DNA of 64,000 nt from Callorhinchus milii (lineage: Eukaryota). How positions within the stretch are numbered: position 1 is the stretch's first letter; every line of letters begins with the position of its first letter. Below the pieces are notes generated by a model, which searched no databases, was not told the origin of the DNA, and worked only from the letters and a program-made list of their open reading frames with translations. Where the stretch lies: assembly GCF_018977255.1 (NCBI RefSeq), contig NW_024704743.1, forward strand, positions 113,214,001 through 113,278,000, in the 5' to 3' direction. This document shows positions 25,340 through 38,197 of the stretch, one piece after another. The position numbers and the translations under genes are program-made.

Positions 25340-27037
25340 TACTAATATTTGAAAGCAAAATTCAATTGCACTCTGAGTAACTCAGCAAATACATCCCTTT
25401 TAATACCAAAATAGTTATAGGTTAATGCACAGTTCTCAAACTTTATCCAATATAAAATACATTTCATAGCTTTACAATGGCAAGTTATGCAATTCCATTC
25501 ATTGTGAATTACACCAAAGCTTTCAGTGTTTTTGATTACATGTGGTCCTGTGGTAATCCACAGTTAGAGAGGTCTGGAGTTATTCAAAGGGAACAGATGT
25601 CAACCTGTCCATTCAGGCATGCTAATCCTGTGGGCAAAATGTGTATTTGCACGCCCATCAAGATTAATCTCACAGTAGGCTGCAACCATTTATCCTTCCT
25701 GATTCTTAAAACTCTATGGGACCTGCAATTGCAAAACATGTCTTTGCTAGAGATAAGAATGCTCCAGCTGTCAAGAGCATAACTGGAGAGTTAAATATAG
25801 CCTAGACCACGAGTTACTGATCTCCTTAATGAAAAGGCAAAAGGACTACCCTCAAGAATGTTTTTTTTACATAAAAGCATTTTCTGACAATCACTTTCAC
25901 TTCTTTAAAATACTGATGTGACTTCTGAATAATCACTTTAATTTGGAACTAATCATGTTTCTACCAACATGAATTGGGACAATAAAAAATGGTGGGCATT
26001 CAGCTATTCTGCATCCTCATCCTGGAGTCCCTCTGATTCCCTTCCTCCCTCTCCTCTTTTAAGACGAATCTCTTTGACTATACTTTCGATCATTTTTTCT
26101 TTCCCACCCACAGCCTTGGTGCCCATCAAGCAGCGTTAAGCACTTAACCGATGTGAGAGTCCCTGTATAAATGTAAATTGTTGTTGAGTGAGGAAGTGTT
26201 TGAGAGCTCCAGGCTGATTCACCCTCTTCTCTGTGGGAAGCGCCTGCCTCTGTTTTAACACCAATACATTTCCAGATGTTCAAATATTAGATAAAACGTA
26301 TTCCCATGCAAGCTTGAGAGATCCTGCTCTTAAACTGAAATCGAAACATTTCAATTGTTTATCACAGAAAGATATTACCGCAGCAATCGTCTTCTTTAGT
26401 GCTCTTACTATAGTTGAAAGAAAAAGATTTTTTAAAAAAAGCAGGGTAAAGAGCTCGCTGCAGAATTCAACCGATTTTCTGAAGAAGCCTTGTGAGAGCG
26501 TGGCAAATGTTAAAAGCATGCAGGATTACTAGACAGATTATGGAAGCCTAACAATCCTATTGGGTGAGACAGAAGCATTAATGCATGGTAAAAGCCTGAA
26601 TTCTGAGAAAGGGCACCTGTGTCACAGCTCAATCATTACATCATTGTCCTTCTCCTAGGGTCAGAAAGAATATTTATTTTAAAACAGCTATAATAATAAT
26701 AATCCTTGCATTTGATACAGAGCCTCATCACGTCATTGAGACATCTCAAAGCGCTTCACAGAACATACTGTAAAGTGAATTTTGTGGGCAAAATGCAGCA
26801 GCCAGTTGCGCACAGAAGCTAACCTTGTCCTAACTAAAGAACTGAAACAGCAACAATTAAAAAATGTAATTTGTTGTTGTTTGTTGTTATGATTAGGCAT
26901 ATGCTAACATTTGGGTCTAAAATGTGATAAAATGTAATAAAAGGGAATCCTTAACAAGTATTTGGGGAGTCCAAAGGCAGATTCTCTTCTGATGAAGTAT
27001 GTCAAGCCAAGCAGTAGAAATTCTGCTCCAAAAGTAG

Positions 27038-27250
27038 ATAATAATCCTTAAATTTGATATAGCATCTTATCCCATCTTCAAGACATCTTAAAGCGCTTCA
27101 CAGAATATACTGTAAAGTGAATTGACTGTATATTTTGTGGGCGAAACGTGGCAGCCAATTATGCACAGCAGCGTCCCACAAACAGTTGTGGATTGAGTGA
27201 CCAATTACTTATTATTTTTTATTTTTTTGGAGGAATTATTACCCCAGAAA
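27038..27250 (-). mobile_element. tRNA-SINE 3' half
   Basis: Tail and Deu-like body match the family. Confidence 0.85.
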
Positions 27251-27696
27251 AGTATGGGATATTCACACCGTGTATGGGTACCCCATTTGCACGCCCGGGA
27301 TTCCTTATTAAGGCATCCATTTAAAGCCATAAATTAGACACAATTAGTAATGAATTAAGTAAACCATGTCACTTAACTGGCTTGGACAATGGGCATTAGT
27401 TAGCGAGAGAAACATGCATTTCCAAATGACCATTATCACATTTAATTGCTGCAGGCTAGCTCTGACTGACAGCTGCTGCTCACTGCTGTTAGTGCATTCT
27501 CCCCATTTTGTTTTGTGCTGCTTATTTTTTCCCTGATGGCTTTGCAGATTGTGCAGTCAGATTTAAAACTGCATAAAATATTCGCTAATGCCAGTAATGA
27601 ATAATCCATGGAGCAGACGGTTGATTAAACTTTACAGAAGTGCCTCTTGTTCTAACCTACTGAACTCCATATTCAGATGTCAATACAGCAATAGCT

Positions 27697-28130
27697 ATCA
27701 GCCTGACTCAGTCAATAGTATTGCCTCTGAGCCAGAAGGTTGTGGGTTCAAGCCCCACGATAGGACTTTGAACTCGCAGTCTATTCTGTCACTGCAGTGC
27801 AGTGCTGGGGAGCGCTGCATTGTTATATGTGCGGCCCTTCAAATGAGATGTTAAATCGAGGACCGCATCTGCTTGTTCAGCTGGATGTTAAAGATCCCAT
27901 GGCACTATTTAAAAAGAAAAGGGAGTTATCTCCCAGTATTCTGGCCAACAATCCCCCAAATAAAATTGGTGATTCACTTCCTGGCTCTCTGTGGGACACT
28001 GCTGTGCACAAATTGGCTGACGTTTTTGCCTTCAACATACAATGTCTACACTTCATTGTAAATCCTGTGAAGTGTTTTGAGACGTCCTCCCTTGTGAAAA
28101 GCGATACATCATCTGTAAGGATTATTAATT
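27697..28130 (+). mobile_element. Older SacSINE1-like SINE, near full length
   Basis: TCAGCCTGACTCAG...GCCTCTGAGCCAGAAGGTTGTGGGTTCAAGCCCCAC...GTTAAAGATCCCATGGCACTATTT...GTGGGACACTGCTGTGCACAAATTGGCTG plus tail. Confidence 0.85.
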
Positions 28131-28707
28131 TATGAATGTTCATTACTACTGTACCACATTATGTAAATTTAACATAGGTAAGTTAATATACCTTCAAACT
28201 ATACTCTTTCCTTTACTTCACTGTTGTTATTTTGAGAGCTGCTGTTCTATGTTGAGTGCACACAGTTTGTACAACTACATGGAAGGAACAATCCCCGAAT
28301 GTGCTTTATTTGTGGTTTGACTATGTGATTATCGCAGTCAACAACACCAAACTTCATCTGGAATACCCATTAATTATACATGTAATGTGCCAAAGTGGCT
28401 CTTATAACTTCTTGCGTCAAGTATCAAGAGAATGAGGCGCACTTTGTAATGTTGGTGTCTGGTCAATTTATAGAAATGGAAAAAAAAGTGTTGCTCTTCG
28501 CAGCACTGGTGATAATAACAATGCTGAACCTAGTCTTTAAAGGGGTGGTGTTACCATGGTAAAACATCTTGTAAAGATAATACTGTTACCAACGCTGCAT
28601 TGACCTCATTATAATTTTTTTTATCGTAGTCAGTTCCCCCCCATACCGTGATCAACTTTATTCAGCAAAACTTGAACAAAAAACACTATCAGTTGCAGCT
28701 TTTCCAA

Positions 28708-29149
28708 ACATAGGAACATGGGAACAGGAGTAGGCCATTCAGCCCCCCTAGCCTGTTCTACCATTCTAAAGATCATGGCTGATCTGTACCTCAACTCCAA
28801 TTACCCCCTCACCCCATATTCCGTGATACCCTTTCCTAACCAATATCTATTCACCTCAGTCTTGAACAGTTGAATGGATCCAGCATCCACTGCCTGTTGG
28901 GGGAGAGAGTTTTTGATTTCCACTACCCTTTGGGTGAAAAAATGCCTCATGATTTCACTCCTGAATGGGCTAGATTTAATTTAAGATTATGTCCCCTTGT
29001 TCTGGATTCCCCTACCAGAGGAAATAGTTTATTGGTATCTACCCTTTCCAATCTCTTTATTATTTTAAAAACCTCGATCAGATCACCGCTCAACCTTCTA
29101 AACTCAAGGGAATAGAGACCAAGTTTATGCAACCTGTCCTCATAATTTA
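28708..29149 (-). mobile_element. CR1 (HER1-like) LINE 3' fragment
   Basis: LNYEDRLHKLGLYSLEFRRLSGDLIEVFKIIK...GESRTRGHNLKL; tail ACATAGGAACATGGGAACAGGAGTAGGCCATTCAGCCC. Confidence 0.9.
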
Positions 29150-29379
29150 ACGTCAGGAGGACGTCCCAAAGCGCTTCACCCACACTTCACCCACAACTGC
29201 GTTCGCCCACACATATACAGCCAATTCACTTTACAGTGTGTTCTGTGAAGCGCTTTGGGACGTCCTCCCGACGTGAATAGTACTATATTAAATGCAAGTA
29301 TTATTATTATAAGATGCTCGGGTGGATATTCAAGAAGGATCAGGTCAAATGGGCCAAAGGGCCTTCTTCATCTGAACAA

Positions 29380-30170
29380 GTATTTGATATAGCGCCTTAT
29401 TATGTTGTTTAAGACATCTTGAAGCACTTCACAGAATATACTCTAATGTTAATTTTACTGTATATTTTGTGGGTGAAACGCGGCAGCCAATTGTGTCCAG
29501 CAGTGTCCCACAAATAATTGTGGATTGAGTGACCAAATTTTTTTAAAAAGGGTTTGTTACCCCCAGAAACCAATCTGCCAATCAACCAACAACCGGGTTC
29601 CTACGTACTGCTGGATAAACAGAGGTATGTGAGTAACAACAACAACAACTTGGATTTATTTAGTGCCCTCCTCCCCTCTGGACGGCGTCTCATAACGCTT
29701 CACAATAACGGATCCCGGGGCCGAGCCAGGGGGAGGGGGAGAAAGGTGACCAAAGGTGTGGTCGAAAAGAAAGGTCTTCAGCCGAGACATGAAAATAGGA
29801 AGAGAGGGGGCGAGGCGAAGGGAGTGAGGAAGGGAGTTCCAGAGCCTCGGGGCATAGTGGCTGAAGGCACGGCCGCCGATGGTGGAGCGGAGGATTCGGG
29901 GGACAAGGAGGAGGGCAGACCCGGTGGAGCGAAGGCAACGGGCATTGTTGTGAGGAGAGAGGAGGTCAGAGAGTCGTGGGGGGGCGGGTGCAGTCAGGGT
30001 AGTCTGGCAAAACTGGGGTAATCGTGGAGCGGAGTCTGGTGCATGTAAGAATGCGGGCGGCAGAGTTTTGCAGTAAGGAAACTTGCCTAAGCTTTTGTTC
30101 TGCCCGGGAATCGAACCCGGGTCCTCTCGCTTTCGAGGCGGGCGTACTAACCACTGCTCTACCAGACTCC
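29380..30170 (-). mobile_element. Long-subfamily SINE interrupted by an L2 3' fragment (about 29637-30071)
   Basis: SINE head at 30072-30170, body at 29380-29634; insert translates LQNSAARILTCTRLRSTITPV and has a (GTT)n tail; AGTAA on both sides. Confidence 0.88.
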
Positions 30171-31761
30171 TTGTGATCCAGCTTGAACTACAGTAGCCAT
30201 GGATTTGACTCTCTCAAATTTACCATTTTCCATATGCATGTGCAAAAATCCATCACTGTAGTATATTATTTATAGTACCCTGCCAATCTGTGTGGTTTAC
30301 CAAATAAAAATGCTATACATTTCAAACGTTCTGCAGCAACCCGCTGGCTACCAGTTATTTTTCTTTAAGGTAAAGGATTTAGTATTTTTCTCACAGGCTT
30401 GGTTTTGAAGATCTCTTTTTCGGGGGACCTTTTTGAAATTGCTCTGCACATTTCCTGGTCAACTGGTTGTTAGAACTCTTCCTTTCCTGCTCTGTATTCA
30501 GTCATCATGACTTGTCGCAGCTCAGCCTTTGATTTTATTTATCTCTCATCTGGAGAAGTGCTTTCTCTATCTCTATTCTGTATTCATCCCACCTCTAAAT
30601 ACAAGCTTACAAGCTCAGTGCAATCTTCTAAAACATTTCCAGAAGCCTTCCCTTAAGGTTTCCTTACAAAATAAATCTGAACAGTCACAGCCACTCCCAC
30701 TTGATGTTTTAAATTATAACATAAAACAAACAAAGCTTAGTTAAAAGAAAGTCATAGGACTGAATGTATTAAATCAATTAAAATATGATGCCAGTCTCTC
30801 CTATCTTAAACATGCATGGAATGGTTCTCAATTTTCTGAGTAAAGCTTAAGAACAGAACAGGATGATCTTTCTTCAGCACCTCTACTATAAGAAAGCAAC
30901 AGTTGCATTCATATAGCATTTTTCACATAGTAAAATGTCTTGGAGAGCTTTACAGTGACATAGTCAAACACTGGGTGGGGGAGAGGGGGAAGGAGAGGTG
31001 ACCGTACATGAGGTTTTCAGGTGGGACTTGAAGACAAATAGAGAAGGGAGAGATGCAGGGGTAAAAGAAGGTGCTCCAGAGGTTAGGGGCATGCAATCGA
31101 GCAGCAAGTCCGAGTAAGCTGAATGGAAGGTGGAACAGAAAAGAGGGGTGGGAAAGATGGAACCTCTAATAATGCAGCCACATTAATAATACTATTCCTT
31201 GTATTTGATATGGCACCTTTTCACAACTTTGAGACATCTCGAAGCACTTCACAGAACATACCGTATTCTAAATTGAATGAATGTTTAATTAAACGGGCAC
31301 CGTCATTCTCCATTCTCAAGGATAGGCAAATTAAATACGATACATATTTACATTTATATAGCACCTTTCACATTGGGAGGATGCCTTTATTATATTATAC
31401 TATTGTATTATTATTTATTATATGAAATCTTTATTATACATTGGAGTTTCAGCCTAAATCATGTGTGCAAGGTCTGGATACAGTGCTTGAACACACAACC
31501 TTTTGACTCAGCAAAGAGGGCTACCAACTGGACCACTGTTCTAAACCCTGTAGCACAATATGTTAATGCAGCTCCAGAGTAAGCATGTGAAGTGTGAGCA
31601 ATCAGGACCAGGGATGCTGTGGAGGAATAACTGAATACATCAGAGGTGAGCTGAGTGATACAAATTAAAGCTGCACTGTGGCAGGGAGGATAGAAATTGA
31701 TGATTGATGGAGAGTATATCTGGTAAGCGCATTGAGACGTCCTACTGATGTGAAAAGTGCT

Positions 31762-32010
31762 ATAATAATAATAATAATAATAATCCTTGCATTTGATATA
31801 GCGCTTTTCACGTCAGGAGGATGTCCCAAAGCGCTTCACAGAACACACTGTAAAGTGAATTGACTGTATATTTGTGGGCGAACACGGCAGCCAATTGCAC
31901 AAAGCAATGTCCCACAAACAGTCGTAGATTGAAAATGACCAATTTATTATTGTTTTGGTTTTGGAGGGATTATTATTAGGCGTGTGGCGTAAGGAAACTT
32001 GCCCAAGCTT
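31762..32010 (-). mobile_element. Young SINE, 5'-truncated, inserted into the tail of a plus-strand SINE fragment
   Basis: Host tail GAGACGTCCTACTGATGTGAAAAGTGCTAT on the left and AAGGATTATTATT on the right. Confidence 0.85.
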
Positions 32011-32096
32011 AAACCTTAAAGTTTAAGGATTATTATTATTATTATTATAGCCCATCCAAAACTAGTTTCTAAAACTATTTTAAGTATAAACAGATC

Positions 32097-32270
32097 ACAG
32101 AATCATAGAATTATACAGTATAGAAGGAGGCCATTCGGCCCATCATGTCTGGCTGGCTCTTTTAAAAGAGCTATCCAAATCAATTCCACTCCCCTGCTCT
32201 CCCCCTGTAGCCCTACAAACATGTCCTACCCTAGATGCCAGGTCAACCGTTTAATGACTTGAAAGATTCC
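32097..32270 (-). mobile_element. CR1 3' terminal fragment
   Basis: AGAATCATAGAATTATACAGTATAGAAGGAGGCCATTCGGCCC. Confidence 0.8.
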
Positions 32271-33438
32271 TTCTGAATCTAGTTTGCTGAATCCATGCTG
32301 GAAAGAAAGTTTTTCTTTCCAGCATGGAAATATAGGGTTATTGTATTGTATATATTGGCAAAGTAAGCTCAGTACATTGTTTGAAACTAATGTGAAAATG
32401 TACTTATGAATACTGTTATCATCTACCATCCTTAAATTATGTGCAAGAAATATGCTAAATTACATGTAGATATGAATATGCCTTAACGTAGCAGAGTAAA
32501 TGTTAACTGGTATTTAATTATACTTAGAAATGTGGATTTCTGGCATTGTTTTATTTTAGCTATACCCCATAAATCGCTATTCAATTATATTTTAAGCGCC
32601 ATGGGACATCCTTCCGATGTGAAAGATGCTATATAAATGTAAATTTGTATTGTATTTAATATACCTATCCATGAGAATGGAGAATGACAGTGCCCAAACA
32701 GCAAGTGATAATTTTGAAACCAGAAAAGTGGAAAGAGAGACTTTCCATTCCACAAGAAAATTCAGCTCCATTTTGTTCATATATAAGTTGCACTGTTTGT
32801 CCCAATTTTGAAGAACCATTTTGTGACACCTCCCGTTTAAACACTTTAAAGATTGTCCTAAATAATAATAATCCTTGCATTTGATATAGGGCCTTATCAC
32901 GTCTTTGAAACGTCTCAAAGCGCTTCACGTAATATATTGTAAAGTGGATTGACTGTGTATTTTGTGGACGAAACATGGCAGCCAATTGCACACAGCAGTA
33001 TCCCACAAACAGTGATAAGGTGTCAATTCATCACTAAACGAGAGAATGAGTAACTGAGAGCTTTGTCACCTCCATGCTAAATATAAGATTGAAAGCCTAT
33101 TACAATTATCCTGGAATGCCCCCAGGAAGTACACAGCAACCTTTCTTCACTGACTTTACAGCAGATCTCTACATGCACTGAAACTCATGAAGATCACATT
33201 CAGATCCGTCTTTCAAAGTAACTGTGGCATCAGTTCCAATATTTGGTGGATGTGAACGTGCATCAGTTTGTGAAACAAATACCTGAAGCCAGTCCTAAAA
33301 GTGATAGAAGTTGATGTTACTGTGTATGTGTTTATGTAAAGACGTTGGGACATCCTCCCCACGTGAAAGGCTCCATATAAATGTAAATTTTTATTATATT
33401 GTATTGATGTACAGTGTGTAAGCATACATGTTGCCATT

Positions 33439-33722
33439 GATAATAATAATAATCCTTGCATTTGATACAGGGCCTTACCACATCTTCAAGACGTCTCAAA
33501 GCGCTTCACAGAATGTACTGTAAAGTGAATTGACCGCATATTTTGTGGACGAACCACAGCAGCCAATTGCGCACAGCAGTGTCCCACAAACAGTTGTGGA
33601 TTGAATGACCACATTTCTTTCTTTTTTTGAAGGGATTATTACCCCAGGAAAAGCAAGCTGCCGATCCACTAACAACCGTGTTCCTACTTACTTCTAGGTA
33701 AACAGGCGTGTGGAGTAAGGAA
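33439..33722 (-). mobile_element. tRNA-SINE, long subfamily, 5'-truncated
   Basis: Tail, Deu-like body and internal ACAACCGTGTTCCTACTTAC segment. Confidence 0.85.
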
Positions 33723-33847
33723 TCAAGTTGAATGTACAGTATTGCCGTTTCTGTGAACAGTTCTGCAGTGAAACAAAGTAATCATCTTCAAGGTCACTGT
33801 ATTATCCTGAGTGGCCAATGCACAGAATTCAAACTGTTACTACCGTA

Positions 33848-33948
33848 CAGTGGAAGCCGCTTTAGCCGGACGCCAGTTGAGCTCGGAAGCCTGGTAAATT
33901 GAACAAAATGCCCAGCCCCGATGTGTCTGGCTTGACCGGCTTCCGCTG
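33848..33948. mobile_element. Pogo/Tigger-like MITE (about 100 bp)
   Basis: TA|CAGTGGAAGCCGCTTTAGCCGGAC ... GTCTGGCTTGACCGGCTTCCGCTG|CA terminal inverted repeats; TA target intact on the left. Confidence 0.75.
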
Positions 33949-34661
33949 CACTTCCTTAGCATATGCTGTAAAAATCCTGCATCCCTGAGGGGTTTATAAT
34001 AAGCATCCCAGGCTTCCACACTATTAAGATGGCTTGTCCTGTGAAATGTAATACTAAATGTAGCTCAACAGCATGTTTCTATAGCAACGATATCAATATT
34101 CACTAATGTACAGAATGTAGGGAGGCCAGCAAAGGAACTCTGTGAACAGTGCAAAGGTACTGTACAATCAAAATGGTCTTCCTCCCCTGCAGATTGTCAC
34201 TGATGTACGCTTCAAAGAATTGACTTTATAATTGACATGAGGTTTTTCACAGCTTGACGCATAACCATATGACGGAATATAAAAACAGTCAGTGGCACCT
34301 ATTCACAACTTACATTTTAATCTAAAGCACAATTCTAGAACTGCTTTAAACATTGGCAAACAGATACATCCATTTTGATGAATCCATGCCCGAGACTCTA
34401 TTTCCACTTTCTGTACATTAGTGAATATAAATGCATATTGTTGTTGCTATTGTTATTTATTTTTATATAAATGATAGAACAGAAATACCATACCACAACT
34501 ATTTGTTAGAACAAATTCACTTGAGATTTTGAGACTCTACAGACCTTTAGAATAATTTCAGCCTATATTTTTTGTGAGTCTTTGTTATTAAACCTGGCTT
34601 AATCAGTTCATCTGCCCAACATCATGCAGAAATCACACATTTCATTAATGTAAGATGTCGG

Positions 34662-34709
34662 CAAAGTTAGATTTTTCCAAAGTTAGATTTTTCCAAAGCT
34701 AGATTTTTC
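34662..34709. repeat. 16 bp tandem repeat, three copies
   Basis: CAAAGTTAGATTTTTC twice, then CAAAGCTAGATTTTTC. Confidence 0.95.
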
Positions 34710-35530
34710 CCCCATTTGTTTGTGCTGTGCCAATTCAAACAGACGCCAACTGGTTCCTATCTTGTGTACTTGCAGACCTCACTTAGACGAGGGTTACTGC
34801 AAGCTTCACCCAAAGACTTTCACCATTCATACAAACCTTGAGAGTAAGATTCTAAATTCAGCTCAATCCAGCAGTTCTCATGATCTGGACACTGAGTTCT
34901 CAGTTCACATTACAGGAAGCTTTCAAAATCACATAAGTCCCTTTAAAAACAAGAACCAGCTGGTGATAACTAGCTGTAACCGTAAATAATACAGATCATT
35001 TGTTAAGAACTGAATTGCCAATTAAATCCTGTATTGCTGTGTATTTGATAATCAATGTAGATAACCACTGAAGTTCTATACTGTTCTAAATGTAGTAAAG
35101 GCTAATATATTTTCTCACTATTTGGCAAATTACAAAACTTTATTTTGTTGCAAAATGCCAGGTTACAATACCGGTTTCTCTTGCAATTGTGAAGATCGAA
35201 TTAAAGTACGTCTGAGCACTCATTCGTTTACCAGCAGAAATTAATTGTAATGCAACAACAACTTGCATTTATAGAGCGCCTTTCATGCAGGATAGCATTT
35301 CAGAGCGCTGGATGAAGGTATGGAGGAGGAATGGAAGAGTGAATGGACGAAGGACAAAATCCAAGAATGCAAGGTAAATGATGTTGAGCAGCCCTCATCC
35401 CATTCATCTAATTGTATTAGATTTGTGCAGCATGACATACTGTTCAAAAATATCATAAAACGTGGAACATCAGGCCTAGCCTATTGTGAACTCTACCTAA
35501 CTCATTATATCTCCTTTGGGAAGGTATGGT

Positions 35531-35880
35531 GTGGAATTCTGTAGCTTAGTGGTTAGAGCACTCATCTCACAAGCAAGAGGCAAGGCGAAACCTTAAACAA
35601 GTTTCCTTACTCAACACGCCTCTGTTTACCTAGCAATAAGTAGGAACCCGGTTGTTAGTGGATTAGCAGATCGCTTTTCTGAGGGGTAATAATCCCTTCT
35701 TCAAAATAAATAAAAATAATAATAATTTGGTCACTGGGACACTGCTGTGCGCAATTAGCTGCCAGGTTTCACTCACAAATATAGTCAATTCACTTTACAC
35801 TATATTCTGTGAAGAGCTTTGAGACGTTTCGAAGACGTGATAAGGAACGATATCACGTGCAAGGAGTATTATTATTATTT
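35531..35880 (+). mobile_element. tRNA-SINE, long subfamily
   Basis: Head GTGGAATTCTGTAGCTTAGTGGTTAGAGCA, internal CCTCTGTTTACCTAGC segment and tail. Confidence 0.85.
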
Positions 35881-36610
35881 TTATGGTAAGAATGGGATTA
35901 TGTACTGTTGATCTACATTATCTACATGACACCAGAGTATCCTTTGGTTTTCTCTATTGCCATATAGACATTTGCAGGGATGCTGTGTGTGTAAGATGTG
36001 CACTTAAAAGGGATTTGTCATTATCCGTGCACACTGCTGAGGAGCACTAAATGATTATATCACCCTGGGTGCCTATATATAAAAAAAAACGATTTTTCTC
36101 AATGGAACATCATTCATTTTTATTTTTGTGACAGGAATTTTCATCTAAGGCGTATTTTAATGTATCTGTTGCTCACAAGTCATTTTCTTATCATCACAAG
36201 AAGAAGGCATTTCAGCCCATTTGAGCATGTGATAAAGTACAGCCAGGAGACACAGATAAGCTTTATAACAATAAATTAACTGCATGTAAGAGAGAAGTAA
36301 TGTCAGTGCTAGGAAACAAAATATTTTCTGTTTTTTTAACCTAGCAGCAGATAACACAAGCTCTTATATCAGATATACAATGGGCTAGATGTGCAATAAA
36401 GCTTTGCTGCACTGCTCTGGGAATGTGCATGAACCTTTAACCTTAGGACACCAAAATGCATGGAAGATGCTTGAATTTACAAATTATGTTTGTCACTGGG
36501 TGGGTAGAAACATTACTTTTTGCTGATTGTTTTGGCTCTCGATTTCAACATGAAAAGCAGTGTCAATACAGATCACACAAACAAAACAGCGCAGTATTGT
36601 GCCTTTTCTG

Positions 36611-37084
36611 ACAAAAGCAATGTTTTTTGCCATTCCCAATTCCACTGAGGAATCTCTTTAGCTGAATGGATTGAATTCACTGCTCCCATCAAATGACACT
36701 CTTCATAAATATTTTCTGATTTTACTGCAATGTTTTAATACATGGTGAATCCCAGCACCTTCAATGAAAAATGTAATAAGAATCTCTGCAGATGTGCAGT
36801 AATAATTTATACATTTGGAATTATATAATTATAAAATAGGGAGATGGGATGTCCAGGCTGTTGCTGTGCACCTAGTCAGCCCCAAAGTATAAAAGATGGC
36901 TCATTTTGAATTAGGGCGAAAATAGCAATATTCTGGAACAGAGTCCTCTATTGGCACTTGTTATTTAAAAAATGTCTTGAGTGATGTGGCAACAAAGGCA
37001 ATGTTTTGCAATTTCCAATTCCACTGAGGTACCTGTTTAGCTAAATGGACTGAATTCACTGCTCCCATCAAATGACACTCTTCA
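36611..37084. repeat. Dispersed direct repeat of about 93 bp (36611-36705 and 36992-37084)
   Basis: Both copies contain CCAATTCCACTGAGG and an identical TGAATTCACTGCTCCCATCAAATGACACTCTTCA. Confidence 0.9.
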
Positions 37085-37453
37085 GTTTACCTGTTTGGAT
37101 ACACCCTTCAAATAGCCTCAGAAAGGGCTCTTACCTACAATATCAAGACTTGGAATATTATGATTGTGTCTATTCATCTTTGCTGTAATTCTGATGACAT
37201 CTACGTATAAATAATTCGATATTGGTATCCTACTCGTGAAAGATTAAGTCAATAATGCTTTAGGTATTAGAAGTGGCAATGCAGACTCTTTGACGTTGTC
37301 TCTACCTAGATTTCTCATCATATTATGTTTTGGATAATACTTAACCATCACGCAATGATAAGTATTTTCTTCTGACTGCAGTTGTTGTTCATGTGACTGT
37401 ATCTAATCTATGGCATATGGGGAATTTTTGGACTTTACAGGCTTGCTGGAAAA

Positions 37454-37960
37454 CTAATTTTCATGTGGTAGATCAGTAATTGAAGACTTACGCAGATTGT
37501 GCAAATCCTCTCTGGCAGTATAACTGGATAAAGAAGTCTCAACAACGTCCAATGTAAAAACTTGAAGATCTGAGAGCTCCGTGATATCGAATAGGACTTT
37601 CAGTTTTCCAGTTCTTTCACCAATGTACCAACCATTGCAATTTGTAATTTCCATATAAATAACATTTGAATTTTAGCTGACAAACAGCTTTGTACTGTAG
37701 TCTGTAAATAACACATTTTCTACTGCCATATGTGCTCAGCTAAATAGACATTTGAGGTTTTCTAATCCAAATAAACTCTAATATAAATCATTCACTTTTT
37801 TATTGAATTTTAAAGAAAGTAAATTATTGAAACTCTTTACTGCTTGGCACTAAAATAAGAGGAGGAAGAGAATGGCCTTTGGAAAGCATTGCCAGTGATA
37901 TCCTCTGCGAGAGTTAACTGAGGGACTGAGTATTTGGAGAGAAGCCATAACCAAATTGTA
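37454..37960 (-). mobile_element. Decayed Penelope-like retroelement, GIY-YIG endonuclease region
   Basis: One frame reads KCLFS*AHMAVENVLFTDYSTKLFVS*NSNVIYMEITNCNGWYIGERTGKLKVLF...SDLQVFTLDVV, resembling the CxxCxxM...TCxSxNVIY..CxCxxxYIGETxRxLK pattern of Neptune/Poseidon elements. Confidence 0.55.
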
Positions 37961-38145
37961 GTGATCTTCTATTTGCAATCTGCCTTCTGTCCTTCTCTCA
38001 AGTCCTGTTTGTTCTCTGGTTAAAAAAAGTAGATTTGTTGCACTCTTCTGATCTTGTAATGAGTCAGGGACAGTTTTGGAGGGCAAGCATATCCCAACCT
38101 TGCCTGCAAAGTGAAAGTAGCCATTGTCTCCAAATCAATGTTGTC

Positions 38146-38197
38146 TTGCAATTAAATTAAATTAAAATTTAATGTTTTTAATTTAATTAAATTGCAA
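38146..38197. repeat. AT-rich inverted repeat, 22 bp arms, 8 nt spacer
   Basis: TTGCAATTAAATTAAATTAAAA pairs with TTTTAATTTAATTAAATTGCAA at 21 of 22 positions. Confidence 0.85.

Noticed and set aside
37030..37245. Hammerhead ribozyme near the Penelope-like relic (CTGAAGA on minus at about 37085, CTGATGA on plus at 37191)
   Set aside because: I could not build stem II closing onto GAAA or the flanking helices; a covariance-model search would be needed.
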